Below, piece after piece: positions 34,010 through 50,240 of a DNA stretch of 64,000 nucleotides. How positions within the stretch are numbered: position 1 is the first letter of the stretch; each line of letters opens with the position of its first letter. Source of the DNA: Escherichia coli (GTDB taxonomy: Bacteria; Pseudomonadota; Gammaproteobacteria; Enterobacterales; Enterobacteriaceae). Under the pieces are notes generated by a model that saw only the letters and a program-made list of their open reading frames with translations, searched no databases and was not told the DNA's origin. The translations under genes were made by a program, and so were the position numbers. The stretch lies in the NCBI RefSeq assembly GCF_003334255.1, contig NZ_QOWU01000010.1. One strand, written 5' to 3'.

Positions 34010-35512
34010 TTACGCTACGGCTGCTTTCGCCGCTTTGTCTGCAGCGTCATCCTGCGTCATGCGGTGCAGTTTCGGCGCGGTCAGCAGCATCAGTACTGCA
34101 ATAACGGCAGTAGCGACACCAATCTGCAAGAATACGCGACCATAGACTTCCAGTGACATCAGCGGATCGGTAACGTTATCCGGCACAGCCATCATACCCG
34201 CAACATAACCACCAATCAGGTTTGCACCGGCAGTGGTCAGGAACCAGCTACCCATAATGAAGCCCATCAGACGCTGCGGAACGAGTTGAGCAACCATTGC
34301 CAGACCCAGACCAGAGATCATCAGTTCCCCGATGCTCTGCAGGCCATAGCTTGCGACCAGCCAGCTTACAGACACGATACCAGCGTCAGACGCGAATTTC
34401 GCACCCAGCGGCAGAATCAGGAACGCACCAGAACACATCACCATGCCGATTGCAAACTTGGTTGGCATCGGCAGGGTATCGCCCATCTTGTTATAGATAG
34501 CGGCCAGAATCGGACTACCGATGATGATCCAGAACGGGTTCAGTGCCTGATACTGCTCAGGTTCTACGGCCAGACCCAGAATGGAGTGCTCAACGTTACG
34601 AATCGCAAAGAAGTTCAGTGACGTTGGCATCTGGCTGTACAGCACGAAGAAGATAATGGCTTCGAGCATCAGGATGAAGGCAACGATCATTTTACGACGC
34701 GCAGCACCTTTCATCGCGAAGGCTTCTTTACCGAAGATAACCACGATACCGAAGGCAACAACGCCCAGCGCCATACGCGCAACTTCCTGATTGTGCAGCA
34801 GCCAGGTGGCGATAGCGATCAGTGCCACAACACCAATAATGGTCAGCAGCAGGTTACGGTAGTTGATAGGCTCGAAGTCTGGTTTTGAACCGTACTGTTT
34901 AACCCAGCGTTGGCAGAAGGCGAAGTTAACGATAGTGATCAGCAGGCCTACAACGCTCAACGCAAACGCAACACTCCAGCCGTATTTCGCGGCCAGCCAC
35001 GGCGTAGCAATCATAGAGAAGAAAGAGCCGATGTTGACGGACATGTAGTACATGGTGAATGCACCGTCCAGACGCGGGTCGTTTTTCTCATAGCATGTAG
35101 AAAGCAGAGAAGACGGGTTAGCTTTAAACAGGCCGTTACCGACCGCAATAGCCGCCATACCCATATAAACGATACCGGCGTCGTGACCAGACCAGGCAAC
35201 CAGAGCATAACCAATCGCCAGCACAATAGCGCCGAGCATAATTACGCGTTTAGTACCCAGTACCTTGTCACCTAACCAGCCGCCGATAGCGACCAGACCA
35301 TAAACCAGGGCACTAAAGGAAGAGAAAAGGGTGATTGAATCCGCTTCAGACATACCCAGTTGTTTAACCAGGTAAACAGCCATAATTCCTTGTAGGCCGT
35401 AATAACCAAAACGTTCCCATAACTCAATCGAGAAGATGAGATAGAACGCCTTCGGTTGTTTGAAAGCGTTCAAACTGACGCTTTCAGTTGGTTTTTGGTT
35501 TGCAGTGGACAC
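34010..35512 (-). CDS. dtpA: DtpA (TppB/YdgR), proton-dependent di/tripeptide permease (POT family), 500 aa
   Basis: ORF-track 34010..35512. POT signature ..[19 protein letters not shown]... Confidence 0.96.
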   Translation of the reverse strand: MSTANQKPTESVSLNAFKQPKAFYLIFSIELWERFGYYGLQGIMAVYLVKQLGMSEADSITLFSSFSALVYGLVAIGGWLGDKVLGTKRVIMLGAIVLAIGYALVAWSGHDAGIVYMGMAAIAVGNGLFKANPSSLLSTCYEKNDPRLDGAFTMYYMSVNIGSFFSMIATPWLAAKYGWSVAFALSVVGLLITIVNFAFCQRWVKQYGSKPDFEPINYRNLLLTIIGVVALIAIATWLLHNQEVARMALGVVAFGIVVIFGKEAFAMKGAARRKMIVAFILMLEAIIFFVLYSQMPTSLNFFAIRNVEHSILGLAVEPEQYQALNPFWIIIGSPILAAIYNKMGDTLPMPTKFAIGMVMCSGAFLILPLGAKFASDAGIVSVSWLVASYGLQSIGELMISGLGLAMVAQLVPQRLMGFIMGSWFLTTAGANLIGGYVAGMMAVPDNVTDPLMSLEVYGRVFLQIGVATAVIAVLMLLTAPKLHRMTQDDAADKAAKAAVA

Positions 35513-35935
35513 TTTTACCTCTTTTTTTACATCCCATATTAACGGGGGTGCTTTCTCGCGTTATGTATAAAAAACATACGCGCAATTGTTATAGTGGGAG
35601 GGGAAACGGCAGGTAATGTTCACTATCTTGCACTTTCAGACAAGTCCTTTGTAATAATCTGTTACATATAACTGAGGCGGGGAATTCAACCATTCCGGGA
35701 AATGTTATCCAGCGTTAAATTTTTCAAAAAACGTAACGGCAGATTTTTTCACTGCACTGAGAGGGGGGTGATGGCTTAACGGCGATATGTTCTGCTATTT
35801 AGCGTTTTTACTAGTGAGATAGTCCAGTTTCTGAAAAATAGCCAGTGTAATGTTTTGTAGGTCAATATTTGTTGCGTGTGTAAATTTAAATGATTTTAAC
35901 CTGATTCTTGCAATGTTTTTACATTGCGACAGCAT

Positions 35936-35951
35936 CGTGATCTTGATCACG
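35936..35951. promoter_or_regulatory. CRP-like palindrome of unknown role in the dtpA-nth spacer
   Basis: CGTGATC-TT-GATCACG is a perfect 7+7 inverted repeat with GTGA-N6-TCAC core geometry. It contains two GATC sites. Confidence 0.35.
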
Positions 35952-36096
35952 AATGAATAGAAAATTTCGCTATTAAAAAAACAATTAACCTGCATTTTTG
36001 GTTATCCGCAAACGGATTACCTGATGATAACGCTAAGCAATGGCATCATTGACGTTAAAAAGATGTTTTAAAAGAGGATAAAGAAAGGTTATCAAT

Positions 36097-36124
36097 GGGG
36101 TAATCGGTGTTACCCCTTTTCTTC
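36097..36124 (+). terminator. Intrinsic terminator oriented on the + strand, abutting the nth stop codon
   Basis: GGGGTAA-TCGGTG-TTACCCC followed by TTTTCTTC on the + strand. In the nth (-) sense the hairpin is preceded by an A-tract and followed only by ATTGATAACC. Confidence 0.55.
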
Positions 36125-36758
36125 AGATGTCAACTTTCTCTTTGTATTCACAAAGATCTTCAATAATACAAGAGCCACAGCGGGGCTTGCGGGCAATGCA
36201 GGTATAACGCCCGTGCAGGATCAACCAATGGTGGCAGTCGACTTTAAACTCTGCTGGAACCACTTTCAGTAGCTTTTCTTCTACCTGTTCGACGTTTTTC
36301 CCCGGCGCAAATTGAGTACGATTACAAACGCGGAAAATGTGCGTGTCGACAGCAATAGTCGGCCAGCCGAATGCAGTGTTTAATACGACGTTGGCTGTTT
36401 TACGACCTACGCCGGGCAGGGCTTCAAGCGCAGCACGATCTTCCGGAACCTCGCCATTATGCTGCTCCAGCAAGATACGGCAGGTTTTGATGATATTTTC
36501 TGCTTTGCTGTTATAAAGCCCAATCGTTTTGATATAGGTTTTCACCCCTTCAACGCCCAGTTCAAGCATCGCTGCAGGCGTATTCGCCACCGGGTAGAGT
36601 TTCGCCGTCGCCTTATTAACACTGACATCGGTCGCCTGAGCGGAAAGCAGTACGGCAATCAGCAATTCAAAAGGCGAACTGAAATTAAGCTCGGTGGTGG
36701 GATGAGGATTGTTCTCACGCAGGCGAGTGAGGATCTCCAGGCGTTTTGCTTTATTCAT
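36123..36758 (-). CDS. nth: Endonuclease III, 211 aa
   Basis: ORF-track 36123..36758. HhH-GPD motif and C-terminal 4Fe-4S cluster CX6CX2CX5C. Confidence 0.97.
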   Translation of the reverse strand: MNKAKRLEILTRLRENNPHPTTELNFSSPFELLIAVLLSAQATDVSVNKATAKLYPVANTPAAMLELGVEGVKTYIKTIGLYNSKAENIIKTCRILLEQHNGEVPEDRAALEALPGVGRKTANVVLNTAFGWPTIAVDTHIFRVCNRTQFAPGKNVEQVEEKLLKVVPAEFKVDCHHWLILHGRYTCIARKPRCGSCIIEDLCEYKEKVDI

Positions 36759-37453
36759 CAGACATTCCCTGTTTCACCGTTTGGCAATGCACGTTCTGCA
36801 GCTGCTTCAGCACGGCGCTTTTTCATTCTTTCATCAATCAGGTATTTTCCTGCCAGCATCAGTCCCAGGCCAATAAATGCACCTGGTGGCAGCATCGCCA
36901 GCAGGAAAGGGGAGTCGGTGTGGAAAATCTCCACGCGTAATACTTTTGCCCAGCTACCTAACAGCGCATCTGCACCGTCAAACAATGTGCCATTGCCGAT
37001 AATTTCGCGTAGTGAACCCAGCACGAACATGGCGCAGGTTGCGCCCATACCAATTGAAAAGCCGTCCAGTGCCGAAAGCGCCGGACCTTTTTTGGCGGCG
37101 AAGGCTTCAGCGCGGCCCACAACGATACAGTTAGTGACAATCAGCGGAATAAAAATCCCTAATGATTGATACAGGCCAAAGGCGTAGGCGTTGATCAGCA
37201 TCTGTACAGCGCTGACCACCGAGGCGATGATCATCACGTAAATGGGAATGCGGATCTCGGCTGGCGTCCAGTGACGCAGCGTCGAAATGGTCAGGTTGGT
37301 CAGCGTCAGTACCAGCGTAGTCGCAAGTCCTAAACCCAGAGCGTTAGTGGCAGTGGACGTGACCGCCAACAGAGGACAAAGGCCGAGCAACTGGACCAGC
37401 GCAGAGTTGTTTTTCCACAACCCCTGAACAATAACGTCTTTAATTTCGCTCAC
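36758..37453 (-). CDS. rsxE: RsxE, SoxR-reducing (Rnf-type) complex subunit E, 231 aa
   Basis: ORF-track 36758..37453. Polytopic RnfE-like protein. Confidence 0.95.
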   Translation of the reverse strand: MSEIKDVIVQGLWKNNSALVQLLGLCPLLAVTSTATNALGLGLATTLVLTLTNLTISTLRHWTPAEIRIPIYVMIIASVVSAVQMLINAYAFGLYQSLGIFIPLIVTNCIVVGRAEAFAAKKGPALSALDGFSIGMGATCAMFVLGSLREIIGNGTLFDGADALLGSWAKVLRVEIFHTDSPFLLAMLPPGAFIGLGLMLAGKYLIDERMKKRRAEAAAERALPNGETGNV

Positions 37454-37456
37454 GCT

Positions 37457-38077
37457 TTATTCTCCACAGGCAGGAAGTTGAGAAAGTTGTGCCGGTAACG
37501 TCTGAGCGTACAATCCGGCGCGTTTTACCGCATTAACCACCGCGCGGGGAGTAATCGTCGCGCCGGTGAACTGGTCGAAATCACCACCATCTTTCTTCAC
37601 CGCCCAGTGCGCATCATCTGCACCACTGATTTTTTTACCCGCAAAATGGGTGATCCAGTCAGAAAGGCGCAGTTCGATTTTATCGCCAAGCCCTGGCGTT
37701 TCGTGGTGCTCTGTCACGCGCGTGCCAAGTACCGTGCCGTTAAAATCGGCTCCCACCAGCAGCTGAATCGCACCGGAATAGCCATCTGGCGCGGTTGCTT
37801 CCAGAACGGCGGCTACCGGTTTGTCATCCTGTTTGGCGATGTAAACCCGATGCTCACCTTTACCTAACTCTGGCGCAGTTACCAGATAGCAACTCTGTGC
37901 CAGCGCATTGTTATAGCGTTCGGCTGGCAGCACCTGATCAAATAACGCCTTTTGTTGCAGACTGGCCTGTTCAGCAATCGTCGTTTTGGTCATCTGGTTG
38001 ATGGCCGCAGTTAACCCTGTTGAACCCGCTGCAAATAGCGCCAACGTAATGCCGTGTTTTCGGATAGTTTTCAGCAT
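37457..38077 (-). CDS. rsxG: RsxG, Rnf-type complex subunit G (FMN-binding), 206 aa
   Basis: ORF-track 37457..38077. FMN-attachment motif ..FTGATIT... Confidence 0.95.
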   Translation of the reverse strand: MLKTIRKHGITLALFAAGSTGLTAAINQMTKTTIAEQASLQQKALFDQVLPAERYNNALAQSCYLVTAPELGKGEHRVYIAKQDDKPVAAVLEATAPDGYSGAIQLLVGADFNGTVLGTRVTEHHETPGLGDKIELRLSDWITHFAGKKISGADDAHWAVKKDGGDFDQFTGATITPRAVVNAVKRAGLYAQTLPAQLSQLPACGE

Positions 38078-38080
38078 GGT

Positions 38081-39139
38081 TTACCCTTTGCGATGGCCGT
38101 AGACGCGCGGACGCGTGTAGTAATCGATCAGAGGAACCGTGATGTTCGCCAGCAGGACGGCAAAAGCCACGCCGTCAGGATAGCCGCCGAAACTGCGGAT
38201 CAACCAGACTAATAAGCCCGCAAGCGCGCCGAAAATAAGACGACCACGATTGGTCGTAGAAGCGGTAACCGGGTCAGTCAAAATAAAGAATGCGCCGAGC
38301 ATGGTCGCTCCAGACAGCAGATGAATTTGCGGTGCTGCCAGTGTTTCTGGTGAGAACAACCAGCCCAACATTGCGCATAACGCCAGCGTTACTAAGAAGC
38401 TGAGGGGAATATGCCAGCGAATCGCTTTCTGCCATAGCAACCATACGCCGCCAGCCAGCCAGGCGAGATTTACCCATTGCCAACCAGCGCCCGCCAGAAT
38501 ACCGCTGTAGATCGGATATTGCATAATCTGTTCAACCGAATGACCGGCACGGACAGAGGTTTTAAATGTATCCAGCGGTGTCGCCTGACTAATGCCATCA
38601 ATACCTAAGCGTAGTGTGTTCATATCACCACCACTGGCGGTATGACCGCTAAAAATAACCTGGATGGCGTCGATAAAACCAGGGATGTTGACCGCAATTT
38701 CATGTGGCGGTAACCAGCTGGTCATCTGCACGGGGAAGGAGATCAGTAAGACCACATAACCAATCATTGCCGGATTAAACGGGTTTTGTCCCAGACCGCC
38801 ATACAACTGTTTAGCGATGATCACCGCAAACACCGTACCCAGCACGACCATCCACCATGGCGCGAGGGGGGGAATACTTACCGCCAGCAATAAGCCTGTC
38901 AGCAATGCTGAGTTATCTTTCAACGTTGCGGCTACCGACTGCTTGCGTAGTTTGAGTACGAGAGCTTCGGCTAACAGAGCACTAACCGATGCCAACAGGA
39001 TCTGAACGAGAGTACCCCAACCAAAAAACCACAGTTGCGCTGCGATTCCTGGCACGGCTGCGAGCAACACCAACAGCATAATGCGCGATGTCTGGCGCTG
39101 GTTATGGGTATAAGGGGAGCTAGCTATTCTGAATACCAT
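38081..39139 (-). CDS. rsxD: RsxD, Rnf-type complex subunit D, 352 aa
   Basis: ORF-track 38081..39139. Polytopic RnfD/NqrB-like protein. Confidence 0.95.
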   Translation of the reverse strand: MVFRIASSPYTHNQRQTSRIMLLVLLAAVPGIAAQLWFFGWGTLVQILLASVSALLAEALVLKLRKQSVAATLKDNSALLTGLLLAVSIPPLAPWWMVVLGTVFAVIIAKQLYGGLGQNPFNPAMIGYVVLLISFPVQMTSWLPPHEIAVNIPGFIDAIQVIFSGHTASGGDMNTLRLGIDGISQATPLDTFKTSVRAGHSVEQIMQYPIYSGILAGAGWQWVNLAWLAGGVWLLWQKAIRWHIPLSFLVTLALCAMLGWLFSPETLAAPQIHLLSGATMLGAFFILTDPVTASTTNRGRLIFGALAGLLVWLIRSFGGYPDGVAFAVLLANITVPLIDYYTRPRVYGHRKG

Positions 39140-41932
<2,793 letters not shown>

Positions 41933-41933
<1 letters not shown>

Positions 41934-42514
41934 TACAACTTCACCAAACCACTAAAGCCCATAAAGGCCAGAGACATAAGACCTGCGGTAATTAACGCAA
42001 TGGCATTACCGCGAAAAGGTGCCGGGACATCAGCCACAGCAAGGCGTTCGCGGATGGCGGCGAAGAGCACCATCACCAGCGAGAAACCGACAGCGGCGGA
42101 AAAACCGTACAGCGCCGACTGCAAGAAATTGTGCCCGAGATTGATATTCAGCAACGCCACGCCGAGCACTGCACAGTTGGTGGTGATAAGCGGCAAAAAA
42201 ATCCCCAGCAGACGGTAAAGCACCGGGCTGGTTTTGCGCACCACCATCTCGGTGAACTGCACGACCACAGCAATCACCAGAATAAATGCCAGGGTGCGCA
42301 GGTAAATCAGATTAAGTGGGATCAAAATCCACGTATCGATAAGCCAGGCGCAAATAGACGCCAGCGTCATCACAAACGTTGTTGCCAGCCCCATGCCCAT
42401 CGCGGTTTCCAGTTTTTTGGAAACCCCCATAAACGGACAGAGACCGAGAAACTTGACCAGTACAAAGTTATTGACCAGTACAGTTCCGACAAACAGTAAC
42501 AGGTAGTCAGTCAT
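41933..42514 (-). CDS. rsxA: RsxA, Rnf-type complex subunit A, 193 aa
   Basis: ORF-track 41933..42514. Polytopic RnfA-like protein. Confidence 0.95.
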
Positions 42515-42590
42515 TTTTCGGCCTGAAATAAAAAAGCCGCCTATTATCCGTTAATCCAGAGCAGGCGACAACAGGTTAACTGTAAGGTTA

Positions 42591-43031
42591 TTACGGATTC
42601 ACAAACGTCGCTTTTACCCGCGACGAGCGTTTGAAATAGGGGACGATCAATGCGGTTGCCAACAAAGTAAACAGCAACTGGCGAACGGCTATGCCATCTT
42701 CCACGGGTGAAAAAGCGAATGCTTTTACTGCCAGCAATACGGAAATAAGCAGCCAGATAATATAGTGTTTAGGAACACAACGCCGACGTTTAAAGAAAGC
42801 GATGGTCAACCACAGTGTGTAATACCACAAGGCGATAGCGGTAATAAAAGAAACGCCCCATAAGATTTGTGTCGTCAGTGCTTGTCCGCCGAGCGTTTGA
42901 AATGTTTGCGGAGAAGATAACGCAGCGGTATACAGCAACAACGCCAGCGTCGTACTCAACAGAGCGACTAAAAGCCAGGCCAACGGGCCAAGCAACCAGC
43001 CTCCAATACGTTGTGGCGTTGTGGTGGTCAT
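42591..43031 (-). CDS. ydgK: YdgK, DUF2569 inner-membrane protein, 146 aa
   Basis: Within ORF-track 42591..43055. Start chosen at ATG 43031 (MTTTTPQRIGGWLLGPLAWLL..), preceded by GGAGAA. Confidence 0.88.
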   Translation of the reverse strand: MTTTTPQRIGGWLLGPLAWLLVALLSTTLALLLYTAALSSPQTFQTLGGQALTTQILWGVSFITAIALWYYTLWLTIAFFKRRRCVPKHYIIWLLISVLLAVKAFAFSPVEDGIAVRQLLFTLLATALIVPYFKRSSRVKATFVNP

Positions 43032-43116
43032 AGGTTCTCCAGAATAGCGACGCAAACAGGCAAATCTAATTTTAGGGGCGTTATTATAAGGCTTTTATAA
43101 CCGATCGCTACTTTCT

Positions 43117-43332
43117 TTATTGGACATAGTGCCAGACGGACTTCGGTACCTGGCCGAGGTCAAACAAACGCCCGCCAGAAACCAGCTCTGCGCGACGGTG
43201 ATCGGCAGCACGATACATATTGATCAGTTCCTGATCGTCCGTCAGGGTGTAATTAAGATGGTCGTAGAGTTTTTCCAGACTTTCGAGTGAACTGATTTTG
43301 CGAAATTTTAATAAGTAGTCCTGAACAGTCAT
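43117..43332 (-). CDS. cnu: Cnu (YdgT), Hha-family OriC-binding nucleoid-associated protein, 71 aa
   Basis: ORF-track 43117..43332. [50 protein letters not shown]... Confidence 0.95.
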
Positions 43333-43557
43333 AAAAGGTCCATAAAATAATTAATACCAAAGGGGTAGGTATTATTAGTGATGATAAAATTTCACCAAAA
43401 GTGAACGCTTGTGTTATTACAATAATAAGAATGCACTGATGGCAAATATTCAGGGATGAAAAACTGCTCTGAAAAGAGTAACGCGCTTTACTATCCCTGA
43501 CAATCACCAACAACATCGAACAAGATAATAAATTCCTGGTTTAATATCCGACAAGTG

Positions 43558-43585
43558 AAAACATGCACCCGGACGGGCAGCATGT
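43558..43585 (-). terminator. Putative intrinsic terminator downstream of blr
   Basis: - strand ACATGCTGCCCGTCCGGGTGCATGT hairpin followed by TTTCACTT. Confidence 0.5.
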
Positions 43586-43604
43586 CGCTCCACAAGTGCA
43601 GAGC

Positions 43605-43730
43605 TTACTTGTGTTGTACCGAAGCACTCTGTTCAGGTGGCTGATAGTTGTCAATGTGACTCGCCACGCCAAGAAGAATGACTGAAACGACAAGAACGAT
43701 CCAACCTGTTAATTCAATAAGACGATTCAT
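43605..43730 (-). CDS. blr: Blr, 41-aa single-TM small membrane protein (beta-lactam resistance/divisome-associated)
   Basis: Internal ATG (43730) of ORF-track 43605..43805. MNRLIELTGWIVLVVSVILLGVASHIDNYQPPEQSASVQHK matches K-12 Blr. Confidence 0.85.
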   Translation of the reverse strand: MNRLIELTGWIVLVVSVILLGVASHIDNYQPPEQSASVQHK

Positions 43731-43972
43731 TACAGCCCACATCTCTCTTGATTGATCCATTAACTTCAGGGGGTAAATGTTACTTAGCAATAATAGCTCC
43801 AGCAAGATTTTTACTGAGGTTTTTGCGATATTTAGCTTTTGTCGTTGGAAAATTCGCTATTTTTTTGACTTAAGTTAAACAACATCCCTTATTGCTGGCA
43901 GGTTATTAAACTGTTGAGCGTGGGTAAAGGATAGTGTCAAATAGCCATCATACTTCAATGAGAGGCAATGAC

Positions 43973-45013
43973 ATGAGCGACAACATCCGTGTTGGGTTGA
44001 TTGGGTATGGTTATGCGAGCAAAACCTTCCATGCGCCCCTGATTGCGGGCACGCCCGGGCTGGAACTGGCGGTAATCTCCAGCAGTGATGAAACAAAAGT
44101 AAAAGCCGACTGGCCAACGGTTACGGTTGTCTCTGAGCCGAAGCATCTGTTTAACGATCCCAACATAGACCTGATTGTCATTCCTACACCCAACGATACC
44201 CATTTCCCGTTAGCCAAAGCGGCGCTTGAGGCGGGTAAACATGTGGTCGTTGATAAACCCTTTACCGTGACACTGTCACAAGCGCGAGAGCTGGATGCGC
44301 TGGCAAAAAGCCTGGGGCGTGTGCTGTCTGTATTCCATAACCGTCGCTGGGATAGCGATTTCTTGACGCTAAAAGGTTTACTCGCGGAAGGCGTGCTGGG
44401 TGAAGTTGCTTACTTTGAGTCTCATTTTGACCGCTTCCGTCCGCAGGTGCGCGATCGTTGGCGTGAACAGGGCGGCCCAGGCAGCGGTATCTGGTACGAT
44501 TTAGCACCACATCTTCTTGATCAGGCCATTACGCTTTTTGGTTTACCGGTCAGCATGACGGTAGATTTGGCACAGTTACGGCCCGGAGCGCAGTCGACCG
44601 ATTATTTCCACGCCATCTTGTCCTATCCACAGCGGCGAGTCATTTTACACGGTACCATGCTGGCAGCCGCTGAGTCAGCACGGTATATCGTGCATGGATC
44701 CCTAGGCAGTTATGTGAAATATGGCCTCGATCCACAGGAAGAACGTCTGAAAAATGGCGAGCGTCTACCGCAGGAAGACTGGGGCTACGATATGCGTGAT
44801 GGCGTACTTACCCGCGTGGAAGGTGAGGAACGTGTCGAAGAAACGCTGTTGACGGTGCCTGGGAATTATCCGGCTTACTATGCGGCTATTCGTGATGCGT
44901 TAAATGGCGATGGTGAAAATCCGGTTCCGGCAAGCCAGGCAATCCAGGTAATGGAGTTGATTGAGCTGGGCATCGAATCCGCCAAACATCGCGCGACTTT
45001 GTGCCTTGCATGA
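43973..45013 (+). CDS. ydgJ: YdgJ, Gfo/Idh/MocA-family oxidoreductase, 346 aa
   Basis: Within ORF-track 43934..45013. ATG 43973 follows GAGAGG. MSDNIRVGLIGYGYASKTFHAPLI... Confidence 0.9.
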   Translation: MSDNIRVGLIGYGYASKTFHAPLIAGTPGLELAVISSSDETKVKADWPTVTVVSEPKHLFNDPNIDLIVIPTPNDTHFPLAKAALEAGKHVVVDKPFTVTLSQARELDALAKSLGRVLSVFHNRRWDSDFLTLKGLLAEGVLGEVAYFESHFDRFRPQVRDRWREQGGPGSGIWYDLAPHLLDQAITLFGLPVSMTVDLAQLRPGAQSTDYFHAILSYPQRRVILHGTMLAAAESARYIVHGSLGSYVKYGLDPQEERLKNGERLPQEDWGYDMRDGVLTRVEGEERVEETLLTVPGNYPAYYAAIRDALNGDGENPVPASQAIQVMELIELGIESAKHRATLCLA

Positions 45014-45045
45014 AAAATGGATGGTGCATTTGCACCATCCATTTT
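45014..45045. terminator. Bidirectional intrinsic terminator between convergent ydgJ and add
   Basis: AAAATGGATGGTGCA-TT-TGCACCATCCATTTT, a perfect 15-bp stem with A/T tracts on both sides. Confidence 0.85.
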
Positions 45046-45046
45046 G

Positions 45047-46048
45047 TTACTTCGCGGCGACTTTTTCTCGCAGTGCGCGTTTTTCCTCAGCGCTGAGGAA
45101 AGCCATTTCCAGACCATTAATCTGTGCCTGGCGGATTTGCTCGCGGGATAACCCAGCAGCTGGCGCGGCAACGGTATATTCGTGAATGATATCCACTCCC
45201 TGTACGCCGGGATCGTCAGTGTTAATGCTGGCACGAATGCCATGCTCAAGGAACGTTTTCAGCGGATGTGCAGCCAGCTCTGCTACGGTGCTGGTCTGAA
45301 TATTGGAGGTCAGACAGGATTCAATACCAATTTGTTGCTCGGCGAGAAAATCCATCAGCGCCCGATCTTCAATGGCTTTTACGCCATGTCCAATACGCTC
45401 CGCACCCAGTTCACGAATCGCCTGCCAGATGCTTTCCGGCCCGGCAGCTTCGCCTGCATGGACGGTAATATGCCAGCCCGCATCACGCGCGCGGTTGAAG
45501 TGAGAAAGGAACAGACTTCCCGGGAAACCAAGTTCATCACCGGCTAAATCAAGTGCGGTAATCTGGTCACGGTGGGCTAAAAAGGCCTCCAGCTCTTGCT
45601 GACAGGCGGCTTCGCCGAAGGTCCGGCTCATAATGCCGATAAGCTTCGCCTGCACACCAAAGGTGCGGCAACCTTCACGTACGCCATCGATCACCGCTTC
45701 GACAACACCCGCTACAGGCAGCTGATGTGCCATTGCCATGTAGCCTGGTGAAAAACGCAGCTCGACATAGTGCAGGCCGTGACGGGCTGCATCTTCAATG
45801 TTTTCAAATGCCACGCGGCGACAGGCATCAAGAGAGGCGAGAACTTTAACGCCCCAGTCAAGTTTGGTCAGAAAGCTCACCAGATCGGGTTCGTTGGCAA
45901 TGACCTGAACGTGGGGAATCAGTGTTTCCAGGGATTGTGCAGGAAGCGAGATATTATACTGGCGGCCAAGTTCAAGAATGGTCTGGGGACGAATGTTGCC
46001 ATCAAGGTGGCGATGGATATCAGTTAATGGCAGGGTGGTATCAATCAT
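45047..46048 (-). CDS. add: Adenosine deaminase, 333 aa
   Basis: ORF-track 45047..46048. [28 protein letters not shown].. (HxH metal motif). Confidence 0.97.
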
Positions 46049-46104
46049 GGTCGCACTCTTTTTCTGGATATAAAAGTGCGCACCATTATAAAAACAAAGC
46101 AGGG

Positions 46105-46146
46105 TAAAAATCCACGATTGCGCAACGATTTTTTACGTTGCGCAAT
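46105..46146 (-). terminator. Putative terminator downstream of malY
   Basis: - strand ATTGCGCAACG-TAAAAAAT-CGTTGCGCAAT, then CGTGGATTTTTAC. Confidence 0.55.
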
Positions 46147-46151
46147 TGGGG

Positions 46152-47324
46152 TTAACGAACAGCGCGGATGGCGTTAATTAATCCAGCCACACCTTTTTCC
46201 AGTTTCGAACGTGGGCAGCCGGCATTGAGACGGACAAAACCACGACCTTCTTCACCGTAGGTATACCCCGGCATGATCGCGACTTTTTCTTGTTCGATAA
46301 GTGCTTTTTGCAACGCGTTGTCGTCAATATTCAACGGACGTAAATCAAGCCATGCCAGATAAGTGGATTGTGGGATCTGCCAGTTGAGTTCAGGAAACGC
46401 GGCGTTCATTTTATCTGCGATATACGTCAGGTTATCTTTCAGATAGATGCGTAAGGCATCCAGCCACGGCGCGCCTTGCTGATAGGCGGCGATATGGGCA
46501 GTTAACGCCAGTACCGAAGGGGAAGAAAGCCCATCACGGCCTTTCAGTGCCGATAAATAGGCATCGCGGCTACTGCTATTTTCTATAATCCCGTAAGCAC
46601 CGGTCAGGGCGGGAATATTGAAACTTTTCGAGCCCGACGTTAGCAACGCCCAGTCTCCGCGAGCCACATTACTCCAGGGAATATGCGGCTGCTCGCCCCA
46701 AACCATATCCATATGGATTTCATCGGAAATAACCCGCACACCATGACGCTCGCACAGGTCAGCCATGATCTCCAGCTCATCGCACGTCCACACTTTCCCG
46801 GTAGGATTCTGTGGGCTACACAGGAGCATAATTTTACATTCTGGTTTCGCCAACACGGCTTCCAACTTGCCCATATCGCAAAACCAACCATCAGCCTGCT
46901 TCTCTAAAGCAACGGGCATTACTGTGCGCTGGTTACCTTCAATGGCCTTGTAAAATGCGTCATAGGCGGGTGTGTGGATCACCACGCCTTCACCTGTTTC
47001 AGACCACTGACGAATCAGTTCTGAAACCATATAGATGACAGAAGGGCCATACACCACCGTCTGAGAATCGATGGCGGTGTAATGCTGGGTGGAAAACCAG
47101 TGGGCAATAGCCGCGAGAAACTCATCGTTTTTCCAGCGGCTGTAGCCAAATACGCCGTGCATCAGGCGCTGATTCAGCGCCTCGATAATGCAGGGGGCAG
47201 TGGCAAAATCCATGTCTGAAATCGTGAACGGTAACAGGTCAGCAGTGCCGAAACGGTCAGCGACATAATCCCACTGTGTACACCATGTGCCATGACGATC
47301 CACGACCTTTGAAAAATCGAACAT
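46152..47324 (-). CDS. malY: MalY, PLP-dependent cystathionine beta-lyase / MalT antagonist, 390 aa
   Basis: ORF-track 46152..47324. Confidence 0.96.
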   Translation of the reverse strand: MFDFSKVVDRHGTWCTQWDYVADRFGTADLLPFTISDMDFATAPCIIEALNQRLMHGVFGYSRWKNDEFLAAIAHWFSTQHYTAIDSQTVVYGPSVIYMVSELIRQWSETGEGVVIHTPAYDAFYKAIEGNQRTVMPVALEKQADGWFCDMGKLEAVLAKPECKIMLLCSPQNPTGKVWTCDELEIMADLCERHGVRVISDEIHMDMVWGEQPHIPWSNVARGDWALLTSGSKSFNIPALTGAYGIIENSSSRDAYLSALKGRDGLSSPSVLALTAHIAAYQQGAPWLDALRIYLKDNLTYIADKMNAAFPELNWQIPQSTYLAWLDLRPLNIDDNALQKALIEQEKVAIMPGYTYGEEGRGFVRLNAGCPRSKLEKGVAGLINAIRAVR

Positions 47325-47333
47325 ATCTTATCC

Positions 47334-50129
<2,796 letters not shown>

Positions 50130-50190
50130 TCCTCTCTTTATCTGCTATACCTGGTAGTGTCCTTTCCTCAAGGTTAATGATAAAAAATGT

Positions 50191-50217
50191 GGCACACAGG
50201 CGGTGCCTTTTATTTTT
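50191..50217 (+). terminator. Intrinsic terminator after malI
   Basis: GGCAC-ACAGGCG-GTGCC followed by TTTTATTTTT. Confidence 0.65.
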
Positions 50218-50240
50218 ACTGAAGTTCACAGGAGGTTTAT

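Noticed and set aside
35795-35995. 66-aa - strand ORF in the dtpA-nth spacer
   Set aside because: It is an AT-rich ORF with no Shine-Dalgarno sequence upstream of the ATG (..AACCAAAAATG). The composition is that of intergenic DNA, and I know of no counterpart.
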